The notes beneath the pieces were generated by a model. The model searched no databases. It was not told where the DNA came from and was given only the letters and a program-made list of their open reading frames with translations. From assembly GCF_008065095.1 (NCBI RefSeq), contig NZ_CP042911.1:8610001-8642000 (forward strand): a DNA stretch of 32,000 nucleotides, written 5' to 3'. Below, piece by piece: positions 26,333-32,000 of the stretch. Numbering within the stretch: position 1 is the stretch's first letter; every line of letters starts with the position of its first letter. The position numbers and the translations under genes were made by a program. Source of the DNA: Gemmata obscuriglobus. Its GTDB lineage: Bacteria; Planctomycetota; Planctomycetia; Gemmatales; Gemmataceae.

Positions 26333-27889
26333 ATGAACCCGGTCGAAATCGTTGTCGGACTCATTTTGGTCGCCGTGGTCCTCGCCGCGGCGGCTCAGCG
26401 TTTACGGGTCCCGTACCCGGCGGTCCTGGTGCTCGGCGGGCTGGCGCTGGGCTTCGTGCCGGGGCTTCCGCACATCCAGATCCCCCCGGACGTGGCGTTC
26501 CTGGTGTTCATACCGCCGCTCGTCTACCAGGTCGCGTCGCGGTTCGGGCTGCGGGACCTGCGGCACCACCGGTGGCCCATCTTCCGGCTAGCCGTCGGGC
26601 TGATGCTCCTCAACCTGATTTGCGTGGCCGGTGTGGTGCGGTGGGCGGACGACGGGTTCTCGTGGGCCGCCGCGTTCGTGCTGGCGGCCGTCGCGGGGCC
26701 GACCGATACGGCCGCGGTGGCCGCGGTCGCGCGGGGGCTGCCGATCCCCCGCCGCGTCGAGCGCATCCTGGAAGGCGAGAGCCTCTTCAACGACGTGGTG
26801 GCGCTGGTCGCGTACCAGCAGGCAGTGCGGGCCGTCGCGACCGGCACGTTCTCCCCCGGCCTGACGTGCCTGAGTCTGGCCTGGGGGGCGGTCGGCGGGA
26901 TCGGCGTCGGCCTGGCCGTGGGCGCCCTGGCGACCTGGTCGCGGCGCCGCGTGAGCGACCCCGCCGTGAACACGGCGGCTTCGTTCCTGACCCCGTTCGC
27001 CGCGTACCTCGGCGGGGAAGCGGTCGGGGCGTCGGGGGTGCTCGCGGCGGTCGCCGCCGGGCTGTTCGTCGGGCACGTGTTGCTTCCGACGCTGCCCCCG
27101 ACCGATCGCATCCAGGCGGTCGCGTTTTGGGACGGGACGCGGTTCCTGCTCGAAGGGCTGGCGTTCGTTCTGATCGGCTTTCAGCTCCGCGCCGTGCTGT
27201 CCGAGCCCGTGCCTGCCAGCGCCTGGGTCACTTGCGCGGTCGTCTGTGCGACCACCGTTGCCGTGCGGCTGATCTGGACGCTCGCCTGGAACGCGCCGCT
27301 CTTCGCGCGGCGCGCCGCCCCCGATCACGTGCCCCGGTTCCGGCACGCGGTGCTGATCGGCTGGGCGGGGATGCGCGGGGTGGACTCGCTGGCCGCGGCG
27401 CTGGCCCTGCCGCTGGTAATGGCCGACGGCGTGACGCCGTTCCCGCAACGGGACCTGATCACCCTCGTCGCGTTCAGCACGATCCTCGTTACGCTTGTTC
27501 TCCAGGGGCTCACGCTGCCGATCCTGATCCGCACGCTCGGGCTGCCGTCGGACGACGCCGAGCGCCGGGAGGACGCCGTTGCCCGTTTGGCCGCGGTGGC
27601 GGCTGCGCTCCGGCGCCTCGACGAACTCGAGGCGGCGCATGGCGGGCCGGCCGACGCCCTCGGGCACCTGCGCGAGATGTACCAGTTCTGCCTGCGCCAG
27701 TACCAGACCGGGCTCGATGCGCCGTCCCCGGCGGGCACCGGGGGCGGTCTGAGCGCGCTGACACGGGAGTTGTTGAAAGCCGAGCGCGAAGCGGTCCGGA
27801 CGCTGTGGGCGGACGGGCGGATCGGCGACGAGACGCGCCGCCGGGCGGAACAGGCGCTGGATCACGAGGAGCTGACCTTCGGGGCGTAG
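26333..27889 (+). CDS. Na+/H+ antiporter (CPA1/NhaP-type)
   Basis: About 12 hydrophobic helices and a family-typical N-terminus (VVLAAAAQRLRVPYPAVLVLGGLALGF). ESLFNDVVALV matches the conserved CPA1 motif. Hydrophilic C-terminal regulatory domain. Confidence 0.85.
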   Translation: MNPVEIVVGLILVAVVLAAAAQRLRVPYPAVLVLGGLALGFVPGLPHIQIPPDVAFLVFIPPLVYQVASRFGLRDLRHHRWPIFRLAVGLMLLNLICVAGVVRWADDGFSWAAAFVLAAVAGPTDTAAVAAVARGLPIPRRVERILEGESLFNDVVALVAYQQAVRAVATGTFSPGLTCLSLAWGAVGGIGVGLAVGALATWSRRRVSDPAVNTAASFLTPFAAYLGGEAVGASGVLAAVAAGLFVGHVLLPTLPPTDRIQAVAFWDGTRFLLEGLAFVLIGFQLRAVLSEPVPASAWVTCAVVCATTVAVRLIWTLAWNAPLFARRAAPDHVPRFRHAVLIGWAGMRGVDSLAAALALPLVMADGVTPFPQRDLITLVAFSTILVTLVLQGLTLPILIRTLGLPSDDAERREDAVARLAAVAAALRRLDELEAAHGGPADALGHLREMYQFCLRQYQTGLDAPSPAGTGGGLSALTRELLKAEREAVRTLWADGRIGDETRRRAEQALDHEELTFGA

Positions 27890-28085
27890 GCGCCCGCGCC
27901 GTGGATTGATCGGTCGCAAACTGACACGTGTCTCACCGGCAAACGCGCTCGTTCCACCGGTCCCCGACGTTGCGGTGGATCGATCGATTACAGACTGGCA
28001 CCTCCTGCACCAATCACCCTCCCTGATTCCGCTCATTTGGGCTCATCTCCTGCGATTTCAGGGCGAAATCGCATTTCTACGTGGT

Positions 28086-28102
28086 CGGCACACCCGTTGC
28101 AA
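28086..28102 (+). promoter_or_regulatory. candidate sigma-54 (-24/-12) promoter
   Basis: cGGCACacccgTTGCAa. GG is at 28087-28088 and GC at 28099-28100, exactly 10 nt apart. It matches TGGCAC-N5-TTGCA at all core positions except the first T, and lies about 155 nt upstream of the ATG at 28255. Confidence 0.45.
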
Positions 28103-28254
28103 TTAGGTCCTGCGTACCCGACTGGCTGGCCCCGAGAAGGGCAACGAGATCGCAAGCCGTCCGAACACGGACGGGCCGCGATCGCTCACTCCGGCGGTAC
28201 ACGTAACGTGCGTTTGCTCTCACCGGCTACGATGTCACTTAACAAGGAGATGCG

Positions 28255-29436
28255 ATGTCGATGCTTCAGCGCCGTGACTTCCTGGCCCGCTCGATGGTGT
28301 TCGGTGCCGCGGCGGGGGCCATGGGCCTCGGCGGCCGGGTCGCCGCCGGTGACCCGAGCTTCGCGAACAACGTCCCCGATCCGCTGCTCGCGGGGAAGGA
28401 ACTGCCCACGTTCAAGTTCGCCCTGGAGAAGACGGAAGGGAAGGTGATCGGCAAGAGTTCCGGGAAAGAGGCCACCGTCGAACAGTTGCCGATTTCCAAA
28501 GGCATCGCCGGCGTCTCCATGCGGCTCGAGCCGGGCGCGATGCGGGAACTCCACTGGCACGCCACCGCCGCCGAGTGGGCGTTCGTCCACAAGGGGCGGG
28601 TCCGGACAACCGTGATCGCCCCCGGCGGCAGCGCGGAGACGAACGACTTCGAGCCGGGCGACATCTGGTACTTCCCGCGCGGCCACGGGCACATGCTCGA
28701 GTGCCTGGGCGACGAGCCCTGCCACTTCATCCTGATCTTCGACAACGGCTACTTCTCGGAGTTCGGCACGTTCAGCATCACCGACTGGATGGGGCACACG
28801 CCCAAGCCGCTCCTCGCGAAGAACTTCGGCGTCCCCGAGTCGACCTTCGACGGGTTCCCCAAGAGCGAGGTCTATTTCGCCCGCGGGGCGAAGCCGCCCG
28901 AGCCGGCCGCCAACCCGCTGGCCGGGCGCTACCCGCCGAAGCTGACGCACAAGTACCGGCTGTTCGCCGACGCCCCGCTGGTCGACAACCGCGGCGGGAA
29001 GCTGTGGATGGTGGACTCCAACAAGTTCCCGATCTCCAAGACCATCACCGGCGCGGTGCTGGATCTGGCCCCCGGCGCGCTGCGGGAACTGCACTGGCAC
29101 CCGACGGCCGACGAGTGGCAGTACGTGCTCGGCGGGAACGTGAGCGTCACGATGTTCGGGTCGGGCGGGCGGTACCGCACCGAGACGCTGGAGGCGGGCG
29201 ATGTCGGGTACATCCCGCAGGGGTACGGGCACTCGCTCGAGAACACCGGCGACAAGCCGGCTCGTATCCTCATCGGGTTCAACTCCGGTGTGTACGAGGA
29301 CATCGACCTGACCGAGTGGATCGCCGGTAACCCGATCGACGTTCTGGCCACCAACTTCGGCAAGCCGGCTGCGGTGTTCGAGAAGTTCCCGAAGAAAGAC
29401 GTGTTCATCTCGCCGGCGAACGGAGCGCGGGAGTAA
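28255..29436 (+). CDS. bicupin oxalate decarboxylase/oxidase family protein with Tat signal peptide
   Basis: Twin-arginine signal MSMLQRRDFLARSMVFGAAAGA. Two cupin Mn sites: ELHWHATAAEWAFVHKG...GDIWYFPRGHGH and ELHWHPTADEWQYVLGG...GDVGYIPQGYGH, closely resembling OxdC. AAGGAG lies 5 nt before the ATG. Confidence 0.85.
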   Translation: MSMLQRRDFLARSMVFGAAAGAMGLGGRVAAGDPSFANNVPDPLLAGKELPTFKFALEKTEGKVIGKSSGKEATVEQLPISKGIAGVSMRLEPGAMRELHWHATAAEWAFVHKGRVRTTVIAPGGSAETNDFEPGDIWYFPRGHGHMLECLGDEPCHFILIFDNGYFSEFGTFSITDWMGHTPKPLLAKNFGVPESTFDGFPKSEVYFARGAKPPEPAANPLAGRYPPKLTHKYRLFADAPLVDNRGGKLWMVDSNKFPISKTITGAVLDLAPGALRELHWHPTADEWQYVLGGNVSVTMFGSGGRYRTETLEAGDVGYIPQGYGHSLENTGDKPARILIGFNSGVYEDIDLTEWIAGNPIDVLATNFGKPAAVFEKFPKKDVFISPANGARE

Positions 29437-29465
29437 CGTCCGGGGCACCACTTGCCCGCCAGCGT

Positions 29466-29549
29466 GAGCCGCTATTCGGATGTGCCGCGCCCCCGCGGCC
29501 CCAGCTACTTCTGGGGCCGCGGGGGCGCGGCACATCCGGATAGCGGCTC
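29466..29549. terminator. 84-nt hairpin with 39-bp stem (one G.U) and 6-nt loop
   Basis: Hand pairing of 29466 gagccgctattcggatgtgccgcgcccccgcggccccag / loop ctactt (29505-29510) / ctggggccgcgggggcgcggcacatccggatagcggctc 29549. It starts 30 nt after the stop of the bicupin gene. Confidence 0.7.
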
Positions 29550-29621
29550 CGTTTCCGCAACGCTCTCTTCTCGAACACGAGACTCGCTCTGGGGCGCACC
29601 ACTGGCCCGAGGCGTGACCTC

Positions 29622-29630
29622 CGCAGAAAC
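29622..29630. repeat. left copy of 9-bp target-site duplication CGCAGAAAC
   Basis: Identical 9-mer immediately outside both inverted repeats of the IS. Confidence 0.75.
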
Positions 29631-31363
29631 GAGGTCACGCCACGGTTTGTGCTGTGGCACCCTCTGATTTGTGGCAGAGTGTATCTCGTTTGCGGAACGA
29701 GGAGCCCGGCCGTTCGGCGAAGAACCGTGGGAGCCGGTCGTCTTGGCTCAGCACGGCGGCCCGCAGTTGCAGGATCGATTCGGCACCGTCGGGCCGGGTC
29801 CAATGCTTCTGTGTGCTCTTCACCCGGGCGTTGATCTCGCCCACCAGTGACTCGACCAAGCTACTCGTCGTCGGTAGCCCGTTGCGCCGGTATCGCGGGT
29901 ACGCCATGCGATCCCGATTGTTCCCCAAGTAGGTCCGCGCGTGCGCCACCACCCGGCGCGGGTCCCGGCGCTCCTCGGCCGTCGCCGCCTCACCCGGTGG
30001 GGGCTCACCCAGCCGCGCCTGCCACTGATCCAGTTCGGTGAGCACTTCTCCAACGCGACCCTGCCAGCACGCGCGCATCCAGGCCACGTATTGGGACCAA
30101 CCCGACGCCTCATCGGGGCTCACGGCCGCGGCCGACGAGAACACGTAACACACCGCGTGCAGGAAATCCACGATCGGCTCGAACGCACCAAAGTACCCGC
30201 GCCAGATGGTCCAGTTGTACGCCTGACCGTCGGCTACGAACGCCCGACGCGGGGCCTCATAGAAGCGCCGCTCCTGGGCCTCGGCGGCCATCATCGGGCC
30301 GAACGCGGTACTCCCCTCCAGGCTCGCCACGCACGTCCGCACCAACCGCGTCGGGGACCACCGCTCGGCCCCTTCGGGTTCCCCGGCCGGCACCGGGGGC
30401 GTCGATTCGTCCACGGTTTCCGGGGGCGCGACCTCGCCCGCCGGGCCCTTCATCTGCTGCACCAGGCGCCGCACCCGGCGCGGGCAGCGGAACGACTCGG
30501 GCGGCTCGGGGCACGGGTCCGTGGCGAACGTGGGGCCACTCAGGGTGGCCAGGCACGCCACCTTGTCCTCCTTGTTCTGGGCCTCGTGAACACCCGGGCC
30601 GGCGCCCGCGGCGCGGGTGCGGATGCGCCCCCCATCGACCTCGACCACCACGGCCACGGGCACCACCGCGGTCCGCGGCTCTAACTGGCGGCGCCGGTGC
30701 TCGACCGCCTTCCGATCGCGCCGCGCGATCAACTCGTGCCCGACCTCGTGAGCCAGTCGGCGCACCTGGTTGTCGCTGATCGTGACCCCGGTCATCCGCA
30801 CCGCCTCGGCGGCATCCCGGAACGAGGAGAACCGGGCGGCGGCCGTGACGATGCGTTGAACGACCGAGGAACTGTACCCGTGCTCATCCAGCCCGAGGGC
30901 CAGCCGCAGGGGGGAAAAAGTCCCGCCGGCAGGCGGGACAATGGGCGATCCGTTCGGCCTGTTGAACCGTGGCCCCTTGGGCCGCCAGGGTGCGGGTGTG
31001 TGGTCGGGTCGGGCACGGCTCGCCACACACCGGACACGGAACCTGTTCGGGCACCTTCCGGGCCTGCTGGTGGAGCATCTGCTGGAGGGCACCTTCGGTG
31101 AGCCCTTGTGCCGCCGCGGTGGCGATCTGCTCCATCGTCCGGAAGTCCACGTCCAATCCCGGCCCGTCGTCCCCGAACGCCCGCTTGGAAACGATTTTGC
31201 CCCACTCCGCCGCCAGTGCTCGAAGGCGGTCGAGTTCCTCGGCCGTGAAACGCGGTGTGCTCATGACTCGCCCCGCACGAGAGTTGCGGCGAAATCGCCC
31301 CGCGCTTTTCCTATCCCGTGCCCCGAGGACCGCAAGGCCTACTGCAAACCGTGGCGTGACCTC
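29631..31363 (-). mobile_element. ISKra4-family-like insertion sequence (1733 bp)
   Basis: Perfect 19-bp terminal inverted repeats GAGGTCACGCCACGGTTTG (29631-29649) and its reverse complement (31345-31363). They are flanked by a 9-bp direct repeat and enclose a single transposase reading unit. Confidence 0.8.
29635..31264 (-). pseudogene. ISKra4-type transposase interrupted by a 1-nt frameshift
   Basis: The N-terminal ORF (31264-30884) ends CPVCG...HCPACRRDFFPPAAG-stop. The second ORF (31092-29635) continues GGTFSPLRLALGLDEHGYS... Removing 1 nt from the T5C6 run (plus-strand G6A5 at 30909-30919) gives CPACRRDFFPLRLALGLDE, a continuous protein of about 542 aa. Confidence 0.75.
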
Positions 31364-31372
31364 CGCAGAAAC
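31364..31372. repeat. right copy of 9-bp target-site duplication CGCAGAAAC
   Basis: Identical to 29622-29630 and directly abuts the right inverted repeat. Confidence 0.75.
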
Positions 31373-31454
31373 GCTGAACCGGCTACGCAGTTTGACACGT
31401 CACCCGGCCGTGGTTAGCTTCACCCCCCTCCCACCAAACCGGATTTCAGTAGTT

Positions 31455-32000
31455 TCAAGTTGGCGGCTTGGTTTTGTTGGCCGATCGTGCAGTAGTAATG
31501 GACTTATTTTCGCCATCTGTAGGTGCCAGCCCATCGGCCAACAGTATCAGGCATACCGCCGCCAGTGTCCACCCGAGGCCGCGGGCTGAGCGGGACCACA
31601 ACCAGGCGTTACGCAGGATCAGCCCGACGGCCACCCACAGGAGTCGCACGACCCCATCGGTAGTCGAGGTCCGGGGCCGAACCTGCCCCAACTGGCGGTA
31701 GCTGCTCTCGATCCCGAATCGGGTCCGGTACAGGTCCCGAATCGCCACCGGGCTCCCGCTCACCCGCCACGCCGCGTACAGTAACTTCTTGCTCCGCCGG
31801 CCCCCGGTCCGCCGGTACCGGTAGCTCTTGTGAGCGATCACCACGTGCACCCGCACCGAGGTGCCCCGATCCGCGTGGGTGTACGCATATCGACCCGCGC
31901 CCCGCCGCCGCACGGCCCGCAACCCGACCCCCTTCACCCCGGGCCGGGGCTTGCGGCCCCGGACCACGGCCGGGATCACGAACGGCACACCCCGCGCCTG
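31455..32000 (-). CDS. DDE transposase (IS4/ISH3-like), C-terminal part; 5' end beyond window
   Basis: The frame stays open to base 32000. The motif LYRTRFGIESSYRQLGQ resembles the Y-x2-R-x3-E signature region of IS4-type DDE transposases. Arg-rich region typical of these proteins. Confidence 0.65.
   Translation of the reverse strand, partial: QARGVPFVIPAVVRGRKPRPGVKGVGLRAVRRRGAGRYAYTHADRGTSVRVHVVIAHKSYRYRRTGGRRSKKLLYAAWRVSGSPVAIRDLYRTRFGIESSYRQLGQVRPRTSTTDGVVRLLWVAVGLILRNAWLWSRSARGLGWTLAAVCLILLADGLAPTDGENKSITTARSANKTKPPT

Noticed and set aside
26588-28036. 482-aa - strand ORF and 445-aa + strand ORF (26572-27909)
   Set aside because: Both overlap the Na+/H+ antiporter frame, which alone gives a coherent multi-helix membrane protein. 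The others are Arg-rich frames.
28186-29535. 449-aa ORF on the - strand
   Set aside because: It is antisense to the bicupin gene, which has two clear cupin metal sites, a Tat signal and an SD sequence.

Overview
Visibly high-GC bacterial chromosomal window. The protein families suggest a Planctomycetota (Gemmata-like) genome; this is an inference from recalled motifs, since no database search was possible. I support about 24 protein-coding genes. Left to right they are: a TPR-like protein (5' end cut by the window), a tail-anchored Hanks Ser/Thr kinase, and a small decayed accessory patch holding a frameshifted IS200-type Y1 transposase relic and a conserved-family gene split by one in-frame TAA. 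Then come an SRPBCC protein and glycerol kinase, followed by a compact same-strand cluster of DUF58, a BatD/DUF4381-like membrane protein and a full-length bacterial Hen1 RNA 2'-O-methyltransferase. Neither canonical partner is adjacent: there is no MoxR ATPase and no Pnkp. Next are a less GC-rich orphan gene, a proline-rich tandem-repeat protein, a divergent sigma-54 response regulator / hybrid histidine kinase pair, a catalase-related peroxidase with cytochrome b561, and an FHA protein. An N-terminally truncated MCP signalling-domain fragment follows, then an overlapping SNF2 helicase / SWIM zinc-finger pair (the SWIM protein has a Lys/Ala/Pro histone-H1-like tail), an SDR, a CPA1 Na+/H+ antiporter and a Tat-signal bicupin oxalate decarboxylase-like gene preceded by a good sigma-54 promoter match. 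The right end is an IS hotspot. It holds a complete 1733-bp ISKra4-like element with 19-bp perfect inverted repeats and a 9-bp target duplication, whose transposase is broken at a T5C6 homopolymer, plus a second DDE transposase running off the window. I found no rRNA, tRNA or CRISPR array. Two exceptionally long near-perfect hairpins (992-1093 and 29466-29549) sit at gene 3' ends. The most interesting candidate is the orphan Hen1 embedded next to a MoxR-less DUF58 module.
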